From an uncultured Thermoleophilia bacterium (GTDB taxonomy: Bacteria; Actinomycetota; Thermoleophilia; UBA2241), in assembly GCA_963832655.1 (NCBI GenBank), contig CAWHUW010000009.1:89675-153674 (forward strand): a stretch of 64,000 nucleotides of DNA. The letters are read 5' to 3'. Position 1 is the first letter of the stretch. Each line of letters starts with the position of its first letter. Below the pieces are notes generated by a model. The model was not told the origin of the DNA and ran no database searches. It worked only from the letters and a program-made list of their open reading frames with translations. This document shows, in pieces, positions 1-10,483 of this stretch. Made by a program: the position numbers and the translations under genes.

Positions 1-465
1 GCGTCGGCGGCCGAGAGCGCCCGGATCGGGCGCGCGGGCGCCGAGGAGGCCGGATCGGGGCGCGCCGACGAGGCGCCCGCTGACCTCTCTGCGGTCGACG
101 AGACCGTGCCCGACGACCTCGCGACGGCGGGGTCCACGCCGGCCGATGTGCCACCCGTCGAGACGGCGCCGGATGCCTTCGTCCACACCGACGATGCGCC
201 CGACATGTCGGGCGAGTACATCGCCGCCTGGCGCGGCCTGATGGCGGCGGTCGAGTCGCTTCGCGATCGCCGTCTGGACCTCGACGCGGCGCTGGCGACG
301 GCCAGGGTGACGCTCGAGCAGGTGACCACTGCGGACACGGTCCTGCGCGGGCTGCTCGACGAGGTCGCGCCGTACCTGGACGCCGACGACGATGAGGCCG
401 TCCTCGCGGCCTTCATGGCCCGCGCCTCGGCCGGCGGCGACGCAGGTGCGGGCACGCCCTCCTAG
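1..465 (+). CDS. 3' end of a hypothetical protein (begins before the window)
   Basis: Frame 1 is open from base 1 to TAG at 463-465. Acidic, Ala-rich; no family recognised. Confidence 0.5.
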   Translation, partial: ASAAESARIGRAGAEEAGSGRADEAPADLSAVDETVPDDLATAGSTPADVPPVETAPDAFVHTDDAPDMSGEYIAAWRGLMAAVESLRDRRLDLDAALATARVTLEQVTTADTVLRGLLDEVAPYLDADDDEAVLAAFMARASAGGDAGAGTPS

Positions 466-651
466 AGCACGCCCTGAGTCTCTCTTCCGCGTCCTCGCGG
501 CGCGTCGCCCCGTCGCGGCCGGCGCTCTCGCGTACCCCGCCGGTGGGAGCGCAGGTTCCTCCTTGGGAGGGATGTGCACGCCGTTGACGCGGAGGGAGAC
601 TACGAGGGCGGTCGCCGACGTGCGGCCGCGGACGGGACGGCGAGGACGGAG

Positions 652-1587
652 ATGGCCCTCTTGAAGCCAGACCCGGTCATCACGGTCGAAGGCCTGCGCA
701 AGGCCTACGGGCCGACGACCGCCGCCGACGGCGTGAGCTTCAGCGTGGAGGCGGGCGAGGTGTTCGGGCTGCTCGGCTCGAACGGCGCCGGCAAGACGAC
801 GACGGTCGAGTGCCTCGAGGGGCTGCGCAGGCCCGACGCGGGCGTTGTCCGGGTGCTCGGGGTCGATCCTCTGGCACACCCCGAGCGCTTGCGCGGTCGC
901 GTCGGGTGTCAGCTGCAGGAGTCGCATCTGCCCGACCGCATGCGGGTCTGGGAGGCGCTCGACCTGTTCGCCGCCGCGGCGCCGAAGCCGCTCGAGTGGA
1001 CGGAGGTGCTCGCGGCGTGGGGGCTCGCGGGCAAGCGCGACGCCGCCTTCGCCAGCCTCTCCGGCGGCCAGCGGCAGCGGTTGCTCGTGGCGCTGGCGCT
1101 CGTCACCGACCCCGAGGTCGTCTTTCTCGACGAGATGACGACCGGCCTCGACCCCGCGGCGCGGCACACGACCTGGGAGCTCATCGAGGCGATCCGCGAG
1201 CGAGGCACGACGGTCGTCCTGGTCACGCACTTCATGGACGAGGCCGAGCGCCTCTGCGACCGTATCGCGATCATGGACGGCGGCCGTATCGTCGCCATGG
1301 ACACGCCGAGAGCCCTGATCGAGGCGGAGGTCGGGACGGTGCGCGTCAAGTTCTCCGCCGAGAGGAGCGACGGCCGGGTCGGCGACTGCGGCTGGCTCAC
1401 CGGCGTCCCTCACGTTCAGGCGGTCCGGCGCCGGGGTGATGCCGTGGAGGTCGACGGCGACGGGCCGGTCCTCGCGCACGTCGCCGGCGCGCTGCTCGCG
1501 CGCGGACTCGAGCCCGCGGACCTGCGAGTCGAACGCCCGACGCTCGAAGAGACGTTCCTCAAGCTGACCGGTCACGGGCTGGAGTAG
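652..1587 (+). CDS. ABC-2 exporter ATP-binding subunit (DrrA-like)
   Basis: Walker A GSNGAGKTT, signature LSGGQRQR, Walker B VFLDE. ATG 652 follows a purine-rich RBS. Confidence 0.93.
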   Translation: MALLKPDPVITVEGLRKAYGPTTAADGVSFSVEAGEVFGLLGSNGAGKTTTVECLEGLRRPDAGVVRVLGVDPLAHPERLRGRVGCQLQESHLPDRMRVWEALDLFAAAAPKPLEWTEVLAAWGLAGKRDAAFASLSGGQRQRLLVALALVTDPEVVFLDEMTTGLDPAARHTTWELIEAIRERGTTVVLVTHFMDEAERLCDRIAIMDGGRIVAMDTPRALIEAEVGTVRVKFSAERSDGRVGDCGWLTGVPHVQAVRRRGDAVEVDGDGPVLAHVAGALLARGLEPADLRVERPTLEETFLKLTGHGLE

Positions 1588-1590
1588 CCG

Positions 1591-2352
1591 ATGCGGCTCT
1601 GGCGCAAGCTGACCTGGGAGGAGCTCAAGCTGTTCGCTCGCGAGCCGCTCACGGTGGTCTTCGCGTTCGGCTTCCCTCTGGTGATGCTGTTCGTGCTCGC
1701 CGAGGTGTTCGGGACGGCTCCGGCGACGCCGGACCCCGGCGACCCCGTCGCGTTTCGCGGTGTCTCGCCGCTCAGCTACTACGTGCCGGCCTACGTGGCC
1801 CTGGCCGCCGCCGCCGTCGGCCTTGTGATGGTGCCGGCGCATCTCGCCGGCTACCGCGAGCGCGGGGTGCTGCGGCGCTTTCGCGCCGCCTCGATCCCCG
1901 CGTCGACGGTCTTCGGCGCGCTGGCGGCTGTGCAATACGTCCTGGCGCTCGTCGGCGGCCTGCTCGTCGTGGTGGCCGCCTACCTCGCTTACGACTTCCC
2001 CGCCCCCGAGGCGTACGTAGGCCCGTTCGTTGCCTTCCTCGTCACGGTCACTGCGTTCGCCGCGCTGGGCATCCTGCTCGGCGCCGTGATGCCGTCGCCA
2101 CGCGCGGCGCAGGGGTTCGGGGTCATGCTCTTCTTCGTCATGATGATGCTCTCCGGCGCCGGGCCACCCGTCGATGTCATGAGCCCGACTATGCAGAACA
2201 TCGGGAAGGCGATGCCGCTGTGGCACGGGGTCATCGCCATACAGGACCCCTGGCTGGGCGAGGGCTGGAACTGGGGTGAGCTCGGCGCCGTCCTGGCGGT
2301 GGCGGCCGTGGCCGGGGCGCTCGCGATCGCCGCCTTCCGGCGGCGCACGTAG
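1591..2352 (+). CDS. ABC-2 exporter permease
   Basis: About six hydrophobic segments and a 'YRERGVLRRF' motif; directly follows the ATPase. Confidence 0.9.
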   Translation: MRLWRKLTWEELKLFAREPLTVVFAFGFPLVMLFVLAEVFGTAPATPDPGDPVAFRGVSPLSYYVPAYVALAAAAVGLVMVPAHLAGYRERGVLRRFRAASIPASTVFGALAAVQYVLALVGGLLVVVAAYLAYDFPAPEAYVGPFVAFLVTVTAFAALGILLGAVMPSPRAAQGFGVMLFFVMMMLSGAGPPVDVMSPTMQNIGKAMPLWHGVIAIQDPWLGEGWNWGELGAVLAVAAVAGALAIAAFRRRT

Positions 2353-2388
2353 CGCCCCGTCGTCGCGGCCGCCACCGCAGCGACGACC

Positions 2389-3495
2389 TTACCGGTTCAG
2401 CTCGACGAGCTTCTGCCTGAGGTCGGCTTGCATGCGCATCAGCTCGCCTTCGGCGGCGATGCGCTGCTGGTGGCCTTCCTCCTGGATCTTGATCGTCTCT
2501 TCGAGCGTGGCGATCAGGTCGTCGTTGGCCTTCTTGAGGGTCTCGATATCGACGATGCCGCGCTCGATCTCGCGCCCGACCTTGGCGGATCCCGTCTTGA
2601 GCAGCTCGGCGTTCTTGGCGAGCAGCTCGTTGGCGGTGTCGGTGACCTCCTTCTGCAGCTCGAGCGCCTGCTGCTGCCGGTAGAGGCTCAGGGCGATGAC
2701 GATCTGGTTCTTCCAGAGTGGGATGGTGTTGGTGATCGAGCTCTGGATCTTCTCGACGAGGTTCTGGTCGTTGTTCTGGATGAGGCGGATCTGGGGCGCC
2801 GTCTGGATGGCGATCATGCGCGTGAGCTTGAGGTCGTGGACGCGGCGCTCGAAGCGCGCCATCGCCTGGCGGAAGTCGGTGAGCTGCTGCGCGACGAGCG
2901 GGTCGGACGACGAGCGCGCTTCGACCTCGAGCGCCGGGAGCTGCCTGGCCTGCAGGTCGAGCTGGATCTCGTCGCCGGCGGCGATGTAGAGGTCGAGCTG
3001 CCCGAGGTACTCGAGGTTGAGCTCGTACATCTTGTCGAGGACGGTGACGTCCTTGAGCAGGCCCATGCGGGCGCGCTCGAGGCCGTCGAGCAGCCGCTCG
3101 ACGTTGGTCGAGATCTTCTTGTAGCGGTTGTTGAACTTCTTGAAGGAGTCGAGGAAGCGACCGACGAGCGGGATACGCGAGCCGGGCGAGCCGGCGGCGA
3201 GACCGTCGATGTCGAGCTCCTTGACCTTCGTGAGGAGCTCGGCGAGCGCCTCGCCCGCCTCGCCCGTGTCCTTGGTGCGGATATCGGCGAGCAGCGAGTC
3301 GGCGAACGTGGCGAGCTTGCTCTGCGCCGGCAGGCCGTACTGGATGACCATCTGGGGGTCGCGCACGTCGACAGCCCTCTTGATCTCTTCGACCTTGGCG
3401 AGGTCGCCGGGCGCGAGGTCGCGCTTGGCCGGGGGCGAGGCGGACGCGTCCGGCACAAGGTCCGGCTGGGTCGGCGGTGCGGTGTCGTCGGTCAT
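2389..3495 (-). CDS. telA: Toxic anion resistance protein TelA/KlaA family
   Basis: Coiled-coil protein with 'IAIQTAPQIRLIQNND..LVEKIQSSI.NTIPLWKNQ' and 'ERGIVDIETL' motifs. Confidence 0.92.
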   Translation of the reverse strand: MTDDTAPPTQPDLVPDASASPPAKRDLAPGDLAKVEEIKRAVDVRDPQMVIQYGLPAQSKLATFADSLLADIRTKDTGEAGEALAELLTKVKELDIDGLAAGSPGSRIPLVGRFLDSFKKFNNRYKKISTNVERLLDGLERARMGLLKDVTVLDKMYELNLEYLGQLDLYIAAGDEIQLDLQARQLPALEVEARSSSDPLVAQQLTDFRQAMARFERRVHDLKLTRMIAIQTAPQIRLIQNNDQNLVEKIQSSITNTIPLWKNQIVIALSLYRQQQALELQKEVTDTANELLAKNAELLKTGSAKVGREIERGIVDIETLKKANDDLIATLEETIKIQEEGHQQRIAAEGELMRMQADLRQKLVELNR

Positions 3496-4481
3496 GTCGT
3501 TCCCCCCGTGGTCGCGTCGGTGGCGCCGGCCGGCGAGGCCGGGCTCATGAGATTGTCCATCTGCACGGTCTTCTCGAGAAGGGCGACTTCGCTGTCGAGG
3601 TCGATCACCTCGTGCTCGAGGAGGCCGGCAAGTTGTTTGTCGAAGGCGCGCTGGATCGCGTCGAGCGAGGTCTCGGCGCGGGCCAGGGTCTCGCGGACGT
3701 CGGCCGCCTGCACGTCGCGGCCGGAGAGGCCGGCGTAGCCGCGGACGATGCGGTAGGCGGCCTCGAGGTAGTAGGTGAGGAAGGCGCGCGCCAGGTCGAC
3801 CTGGCGTGGCTCACGGCGGAGCTCGGCGAGGATCTTCTCGGCCGACGCGCACAGCCGCGCCACGCGGTCGCGGATCTCGGGGCGCGTGATGCGGTCGGCG
3901 GCCTCAAGGATGCCGTCGACGCGCTCGTGCGCCGCGGCGATGACCTGGGCGGCGCCGGCATCGGTGCCCTTGGGCAGGGCGGCGCGCTCGGCGCTGGGCA
4001 GGAGCGGCGGCGGCGCCGGCAGCGAGCCGAGCGGCGCGTCGCCGAACATCAGGGCGCGGAACTGCGGGCGCACGAGAAAGGCCTGGAGGACCGAGATGCC
4101 CTGTGCGAGGACGGCGACGGCCAGCGCGATCAGCACGTCGACGCCGAGAAGACCGATGGCGCCGACCAGGGCGAGCAGGTAGACGAGCCCTGAGACGATC
4201 CACTCGGCGCGGCGTCCGCGTACGCCGATGTAGAAGAAGCCGAGCCAGTTGAGACCCGGGACGAGGGTCCACAGGATCCAGAGGGAATAGCGCCACCACC
4301 AGTGGCCACGACGTCGCTCCAGCGTCTGACGGCGGAGGGCGTCGATCGGCGCCGCGGCATCCTGGGGCCGCAACTGCTGGACGTCGCGCACGACGGCGGC
4401 CGGGTGCCCGTTCTCGCACTCGCCGTAGCCGTTGACCCAGACCCAGCGGCCACAAGTCTCGCAGAACCCTCCGAGCGGCAT
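3492..4481 (-). CDS. XpaC-like (5-bromo-4-chloroindolyl phosphate hydrolysis family) membrane protein with N-terminal Cys/His motif
   Basis: C-terminal 'ARAFLTYYLEAA...LDSEVALL' motif; TM segments; 4-bp overlap with telA, the usual xpaC-telA pairing. Confidence 0.8.
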   Translation of the reverse strand: MPLGGFCETCGRWVWVNGYGECENGHPAAVVRDVQQLRPQDAAAPIDALRRQTLERRRGHWWWRYSLWILWTLVPGLNWLGFFYIGVRGRRAEWIVSGLVYLLALVGAIGLLGVDVLIALAVAVLAQGISVLQAFLVRPQFRALMFGDAPLGSLPAPPPLLPSAERAALPKGTDAGAAQVIAAAHERVDGILEAADRITRPEIRDRVARLCASAEKILAELRREPRQVDLARAFLTYYLEAAYRIVRGYAGLSGRDVQAADVRETLARAETSLDAIQRAFDKQLAGLLEHEVIDLDSEVALLEKTVQMDNLMSPASPAGATDATTGGTT

Positions 4482-4631
4482 GCCCCTGCTCCTTCGCTGT
4501 CCCCACTAGGATAGCCCTCCGGCGCGCGACTGACACCGCAGGCGTCCGGCCGCACGCTTGACCACCGCTGCTCGCCGCCGTAGTGTGAACACCGTTCGCG
4601 AAGAGAACGGCGGTCACGGAGGAGAACAGCG

Positions 4632-5306
4632 TTGGCGACCAATTCCGGTGGAGCGGAGGGCGCTCGGCGCCGCGAGCGCCGCCATCAGGAGACGCGCGAC
4701 GAGATCCTGCGCACGGCGCGCCAGATCGTCATCGAGGAGGGCGCCGACCGCCTGACCGTGCGCGAGATCGCCCGACGCACCGACTTCACGCCGTCGGCCC
4801 TGTACCGCTACTTCGAAGGCGGACGGCAGGAGATCCTGCTCGCCATAACCCGCGGCAGCGTCGAGGTGCTCGACGCACATCTCGCGCGTCTCCGTCCGTC
4901 CCCGTCGCCGGCCGAGCGCCTCGTCGCCATGGGCGCCGCGTACCTCCGCTTCGCCCACGAGCACCCCCAGGAGGAGAAGCTCCTCTTCGACAGCGTGACG
5001 GCGATGGAGCCCCTCGACCTCGACCGGCCGGACGAGTCGTTCCTCGCCCCCACCGGCGTCTTTCGCCTGCTCGAGTCCGCCCTCAGGGAGGGCGTCGCCG
5101 ACGGCAGCTTCCGCATCGCCGAGAAGGACCTCATGTTCGTCATCATGGGGACATGGGTGTTCGTCCACGGGCTCGTCGCCGTCGAACGCCTGCACGAACA
5201 GCACGGCGGCGCCGCCGGCGATCGTGCCCGCGGGCTGATCCGGGCCTACGTCAACGGCCTCGGTTCTGACTGGGCGGGCACGCGGCGCGCACGACTGGCG
5301 TCATGA
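4632..5306 (+). CDS. TetR/AcrR family transcriptional regulator
   Basis: HTH 'LTVREIARRTDFTPSALYRYF'; overlaps the downstream MMPL start. Confidence 0.92.
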   Translation: MATNSGGAEGARRRERRHQETRDEILRTARQIVIEEGADRLTVREIARRTDFTPSALYRYFEGGRQEILLAITRGSVEVLDAHLARLRPSPSPAERLVAMGAAYLRFAHEHPQEEKLLFDSVTAMEPLDLDRPDESFLAPTGVFRLLESALREGVADGSFRIAEKDLMFVIMGTWVFVHGLVAVERLHEQHGGAAGDRARGLIRAYVNGLGSDWAGTRRARLAS

Positions 5307-7574
5307 GCACTCGCACCTTCATCACGGAGCGCCTCGCTCGGCGCTCCTCGCGCCGACCCCGTCTCACGCTGGCCGTCTGGCTCGCCCTCGCCGTCGTCTC
5401 GGGGCTCGCCTACGCGGTCTGGGGAGACCTGCTCGTCACCACCGACGACTTCCTCACCAGGCCAGAGTCGAAGCAGGTCGAGCGGCTCGTCGCCCAACGC
5501 CTCCCGGGAAACGCGGCCGACACCGAGGTCGTGGTCGTGAGCGCCCCGGAGGCAGAGGCCGGCGGCGCGACCAAGGCGCTCCGGCGCCGCGTCGCCGAGC
5601 TGGTCGCCGACATCGAGGCGATCGACGGCGGGCACGTCGCCGGCGTCCGCTCGGCTGCCGGCGGCGAGGGTGCGAAGGCGCTGCTCTCCGAGGACGGGCG
5701 CAGCGCCCTCATCCTGGTCACGCTCGCCGGCGCCGCAAGCCATGCCGACGCCCACATCGCGCCACTCTACGAGCTGGTCCGAGAGGCCGACGGCGCAGAC
5801 GGCTATTCGGTCGCGGTGACCGGAGCCGCGACGTGGGGTCTCGAGGCGCAGAAGCTCGCCGAGTCGGACCTGCGACGAGGCGAGCTGATCGGCGTCCCCA
5901 TGGCCCTCGTGATCCTGCTCATCGTGTTCGGCGCCGTCGCCGCGGCCCTGGTGCCGATCGTCCTCGCCGTCGTCGCCATCGCCGTCGCCAGTGCGCTCAC
6001 TGTCGCGATGGGGGCCTGGTTCGACGTCTCGGTGTTCGCGATGAACATCGTCACCGTGATGGGACTGGCCGTCGGCATCGACTACTCGCTGCTCATCGTC
6101 TCGCGATTCCGCGAGGAGCGGCGCGCCGGCCGGGATATCGGCGGCGCCGTGGCGCGGGCCGGGGCCACGGCGAGCCGAGCGGTCTTGTTCAGCGGCGGCA
6201 TCGTCGTGCTCGCCCTCACGGGCATGTTGATCGTCCCGTTCTCGATCTTCACGAGCCTCGGGCGCCGGTTCCATCTTCGTCGTCGTGGCCGCGGTCGCCG
6301 CCGCGCTGACATTGCTTCCCGCCATCCTCCGCCTGCTCGGCGACAGGGTGGACTGGGGACGGCTCCCGCTCAGGCGGGGCCGCAGCACGGACGAGGGCGA
6401 GCCGGACGGCTTCTGGACGCGCGCCGCGCGCGCCATGATGCGCCGTCCCCACATCGCCCTCATCGGCGGGTGCGGCGTGCTCCTGCTGCTCACCGTCCCT
6501 CTCCTCGACATGAAGACAGGTATGACCGGGCTCCAGGAGTTCCCTGACGACACCAGCGCGAAGCGGGCCTTCGTGGCCCTTCAGCGCGACTTCACCGTGG
6601 GCCTCGGCTCGCCGATCCTCATGACCTTCGAGGGCGACCTCGGCGACTCCCGCTCGGAGGCCCTGCTCGCCAACCTGGGCAAGCTCGCGGAGGCGGACGA
6701 CCGATTCACGGTCGTCGGCTACGAGGCGGCTCCCGAGGGCGACCTCGCCGTCCTCAAGCTGGCGGTGAACGCCGACGCGACCAGCGGAGCCGCCATGGAC
6801 GCCGTGCGCTACCTGCGCGAGGAGGCCGCCCCCCTGGTCGAGGCCGCCGCCCCGGTCGAGGTCCTCGTCGGCGGCGTGCCCGCCCTCTATACAGATGCGA
6901 TCGAGATGATCGAGACCTTCACGCCCTGGGTCATCGGCGTGGTGCTCGCGCTCAGTTTCGTGCTCCTCCTCGTCGCCTTCCGCTCGCTCGTCGTCGCGGT
7001 CCAGGCGATCGTCATGAACCTGCTGTCGGTTGGCGCCTCGTACGGGCTTGTGACGCTCGTGTTTCAGCAGGGGGTGGGTGCTGAGCTCCTTGGGTTCACG
7101 CAGGTCGAACGCATCCTCGCCTGGCTGCCGCTGCTGATGTTCTGCGTCCTCTTTGGTCTCTCGATGGACTATCACATCTTCCTGCTCAGCCGGATCCGCG
7201 AGCGCTACGACCAGACCGGCGACACCGGCGCGGCGGTGATCTTCGGGGTCGGGTCGACGGCCGGCATCATCACCGGCGCGGCGGCGATCATGGTCGCGGT
7301 ATTCGCCGGCATGGCGATGGGCGACCTGGTCATGTTCCAGCAGCTCGGCTTCGGACTCGCGGTGGCGATCGCGCTCGACGCCACCGTCGTGCGCACGGTG
7401 ATCGTGCCGTCGGCGATGACGGTCTTCGGCCGCTCGTGCTGGTACCTGCCGCGCTGGCTCGCCTGGCTGCCGAAGGTGAGGGTCGACGAGGCGGTCGGCG
7501 ACGAGGGGCGTGGCGTGGAGACGGCAGTCGGGGTCGCTGGGGTCGAGAACGCCGCTCAGCAGGCCTCCGGGTAA
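5303..7574 (+). CDS. MMPL/RND family transporter (frameshift near 6260)
   Basis: 'GLAVGIDYSL' in the first half and 'FGLSMDYHIFLLSRIRE' in the second. The halves join if one G is removed near 6260. Confidence 0.88.
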
Positions 7575-7575
7575 G

Positions 7576-8262
7576 TCAGGCGCACGCGCCGGCGGTGCCG
7601 TAGGGGCAGGCGGCGAGGCAGCTGCCGCAGACGCCGCCGAGGTCCTCGAAACGCTCGGTATAGACCTCACAGGCCTTCTCGTCGAACAGTTCATCCCGCG
7701 GCATGCCGGCGTGCCAGGTCACGTCCCTGCCTGCGCCGGCCGGGCAGGCGTCGACGCAGGCCCGGCAGTCGCCGCAGAGGCTGTCGGTCACGGGGGCGCC
7801 GGGGGCGAGGCAGGCGTCGGTGAAGACGGTCGCGAGGCGGACCCACGGCCCCAGGTCTGGTGAGACGAACAGCGCCGTCTTGCCGATCCAGCCCAGGCCG
7901 GCGCGCGTCGCCGCGGTCTTGTGGGCGAAGACGCCGGCGTCGCCCCAGTCTTCGACGGCGTCGTACTCGTCTTCGTAGATCGTCGCCAGGACGGCCTCGG
8001 CGGCGTGGCCGGCGGCGCGCAGCGCCGCCGCGAGCGCCGCCGAGGCCTCGTCGAGCAACGCGTTCAAGCGCTTGTAGTCGGCGTAGTACGCCGGCGTCGG
8101 CTCCGTCACGACGCCGGCCATCGCCGCCGCGTCGTGGGCGGCGACGAGCGAGATGGCTCTCGGCAGGTCGGGCGAGAGGGCGATGCGCGGCTCGTTGGCG
8201 GCGACGCCCCAGAGAGCGATGTCGTGGGCCCTCAGTAGACGGTCGATCTCATCCGCGTTCAT
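7576..8262 (-). CDS. QueG/reductive-dehalogenase-like 4Fe-4S protein (short form)
   Basis: 'HKTAATRAGLGWIGK', CxxCxxCxxxCP and CxxCxxxCP motifs. Confidence 0.8.
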   Translation of the reverse strand: MNADEIDRLLRAHDIALWGVAANEPRIALSPDLPRAISLVAAHDAAAMAGVVTEPTPAYYADYKRLNALLDEASAALAAALRAAGHAAEAVLATIYEDEYDAVEDWGDAGVFAHKTAATRAGLGWIGKTALFVSPDLGPWVRLATVFTDACLAPGAPVTDSLCGDCRACVDACPAGAGRDVTWHAGMPRDELFDEKACEVYTERFEDLGGVCGSCLAACPYGTAGACA

Positions 8263-8441
8263 GGGCGCTCCTTCCTCGCGGCTGCGAGGCTGTCGTCTGC
8301 TTCACCGAGTGCTCTGTTCAGGTGCGGGCGGTCCGTCGGCGACGCGGCCGACGCTCCGCCGCGCGCGAGCGCGTCGTGTGTCCCGCCGCCGCGGCCGATG
8401 ACGTCATAGGACGCGTCCGGTGTGTCGTCGGCGGGACCCAT
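8259..8441 (-). CDS. Small hypothetical protein, probably leaderless
   Basis: On the minus strand TAGACT lies 6 nt before ATG 8441. The stop overlaps the next start (ATGA). Confidence 0.4.
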   Translation of the reverse strand: MGPADDTPDASYDVIGRGGGTHDALARGGASAASPTDRPHLNRALGEADDSLAAARKERP

Positions 8442-8699
8442 GGGGCCAGTCTAGTCGACGGCTTGAGCGCGGGGGAAGGGTCGCGTGCGGGTTCGGGCGA
8501 TACAACGGTTTCGCGTCGCTCGATAGGGGAATGCGAACAGTGAGCCGACCGGGGTGGGGTGACGTCTTGCCCGGTCAGGCTCGCATTGGCGACGACGAGC
8601 GCAAGATCGTCGCGTTCGGCAGACTCACGGGTCGGCCCCACCCGCTGCCTGGAACGACGGGCCGTCTTGCACCCCCGAGGACGACCCGGCAGCGCCAAT

Positions 8700-8783
8700 G
8701 ACGCCGGCGCTGGCGGGACCCCCCGGCCGGCTTCCGGTGAGCCACCCCCGGGACCTTCCCCCCACCTCCTCCCGGGGTGTGGC
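8700..8783 (+). ncRNA. 6C-like small RNA
   Basis: Two adjacent hairpins (8702-8739 and 8741-8783). Each loop has a run of exactly six C (8719-8724, 8758-8763). Intergenic. Matches the actinobacterial 6C RNA architecture. Confidence 0.7.
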
Positions 8784-8852
8784 ACGCCCGGACACAGGTG
8801 GACGGCGCCTTCGCGAAGGTGCTACCGTGCGGCATCCGACGGGGAGGTCTTC

Positions 8853-9131
8853 GTGCTTGGGATGGGCTGCTGTCTCGTCGCCGGCGTGGCCGCCGCCTCG
8901 CCACGGATCATCCTCTTCGGGATGTGGCTCTTCACCGACTACATCGGTCGCGCCTACGAGACGTGGATCTGGCCGTTCCTCGGCTTCCTCCTCCTGCCGA
9001 CGACCACCATCGCCTACTCGATCGCGGCGAACGAGTTCGGCGGCTTCCAGGGTTGGGGCGCCGTGGTGGTCGCCGGCGGCGTGATCATCGACGTGCTGAT
9101 CTACGGCAGCGGGAAGCGCTCGCGCGAATAG
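8853..9131 (+). CDS. Small conserved hypothetical membrane protein
   Basis: RBS GGGGAGG then GTG 8853 (alternative ATG 8862). Contains 'MGCC...SPR...WIWPFLGFLLLPTTT'; three TM segments. Confidence 0.75.
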   Translation: MLGMGCCLVAGVAAASPRIILFGMWLFTDYIGRAYETWIWPFLGFLLLPTTTIAYSIAANEFGGFQGWGAVVVAGGVIIDVLIYGSGKRSRE

Positions 9132-9173
9132 GGCTGAAGGCTTGGCGCTCGCTCGGGAGCGGGCGACGCGGCC

Positions 9174-10436
9174 TCAGGCCGCCTTGCCCGCGTCCACCCG
9201 CGAGCGCATCCGCCACACATCGCCGACGGCCAGCACCCAGAACGCCGCGACCGAACCGAGTCCGACCGATATCCACGCCGTGGTCGTCACGCCGAGCCAC
9301 TCGGCGAGGGGGCCGGCCAACGCCAGCCCGACCGGCCACAGCGCCAGCGACGCCATCCAGTCCCAGGCCACGACGCGACCCAGCGCCTCCTCTTCCACCT
9401 CGGTCTGCAGGGCCGTGTTCCACACCGCGACCAGCACGCCGACCGCCACGCCGCGTCCGGCCTGCACCGCGGCCAGCGTCCACGGCCCGAAGCCGAGCGC
9501 CAGCGCGAGCGGCGCGAGGAGAGCCGTCCCCCCGGCGAAGGTGACGGTGATCATGGGCCGCTTCGGCCGATAGCGCAGGGCGACGGCGGCGCCGAGGATC
9601 ATGCCCAGGCTGAACGCGGCCATGATCCAGCCCCAGGCGAGGGGTGTGTATCCCTGCTCCGTGAGGCCGAGCGGGCCGAGCACCTGGAAGGGCGCGATGA
9701 CGATGCAGAGGACGAGGCAGACGCGCAGGAGCATCACCCAGAGCCAGGTGCGCGAGCGAACCTCTCTCCATCCGTCGCGGAGCTCGAGGGCGAAGCGCTG
9801 GGAGGGCCGGCTCCGGACGAGGGCCGGCACGCGGAGACTGGTGAGAAAGGCCGCGCTGATGACGAAGGTGGCCGCGTCGACGGCGATCGCCCCGCCGGCG
9901 CCGATGAGCGCGACGAGCGTGCCCGCCACCGCGGGGCCGACGAACCAGCCGAAGTTGTCGCTCATGCCCATGAGGGCGTTCGCCTGCTGAAGGTCCCGCG
10001 CGGGCACGAGCTGGGGCAGCAGCGCTCCCGCAGCGGGGCGGAAGAACGCTTCGGCGGCGCCGTGGAGCGCGGCCAGTATGGCGAGCTGCCAGATCCGCGC
10101 CGTCCCGCTGAGCAGGAGCGCCGCCGCGGTCGCCTGGACGGCGGCGCGCACAAGGTCACTGGCGATCATCACCTTCTCGCGTCTCAGCCGGTCGGCCCAG
10201 ACGCCGCCCACGAGGGCGAGCCCGGCGAGGGGCAAGACCTGGGCGGCGAGCACCAGGCCGAGGTCGGTCCCCGAGCCGGTCAGCTCGAGGACGGCGAACG
10301 TCAGGGCGACGGGCGTGATGCCGTCGCCGAAGACCGAGACGCTCTGGGCGAGGAAGACCCGGCGGAAGTTGCGCAGACGCAGGAGCCCGAGCCGCTCGCC
10401 CAGACCCCCTTCGAGACCGGGACCCTGGGCAGTCAT
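9174..10436 (-). CDS. MFS transporter (macrolide efflux/H+ antiporter-like)
   Basis: About 12 TM segments and MFS motif A 'GGVWADRLRR'. TAGACT 6 nt before the ATG suggests a leaderless mRNA. Confidence 0.9.
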   Translation of the reverse strand: MTAQGPGLEGGLGERLGLLRLRNFRRVFLAQSVSVFGDGITPVALTFAVLELTGSGTDLGLVLAAQVLPLAGLALVGGVWADRLRREKVMIASDLVRAAVQATAAALLLSGTARIWQLAILAALHGAAEAFFRPAAGALLPQLVPARDLQQANALMGMSDNFGWFVGPAVAGTLVALIGAGGAIAVDAATFVISAAFLTSLRVPALVRSRPSQRFALELRDGWREVRSRTWLWVMLLRVCLVLCIVIAPFQVLGPLGLTEQGYTPLAWGWIMAAFSLGMILGAAVALRYRPKRPMITVTFAGGTALLAPLALALGFGPWTLAAVQAGRGVAVGVLVAVWNTALQTEVEEEALGRVVAWDWMASLALWPVGLALAGPLAEWLGVTTTAWISVGLGSVAAFWVLAVGDVWRMRSRVDAGKAA

Positions 10437-10483
10437 GCCCCGAGTCTACCGGCGATCCGGCCCCTTGTGCGCTGCCCGCGTCC

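Noticed and set aside
8560-8625. SRP (4.5S) RNA suggested by GGTCAGG
   Set aside because: The conserved CCGGAAGGAAGCAG domain-IV motif is absent.
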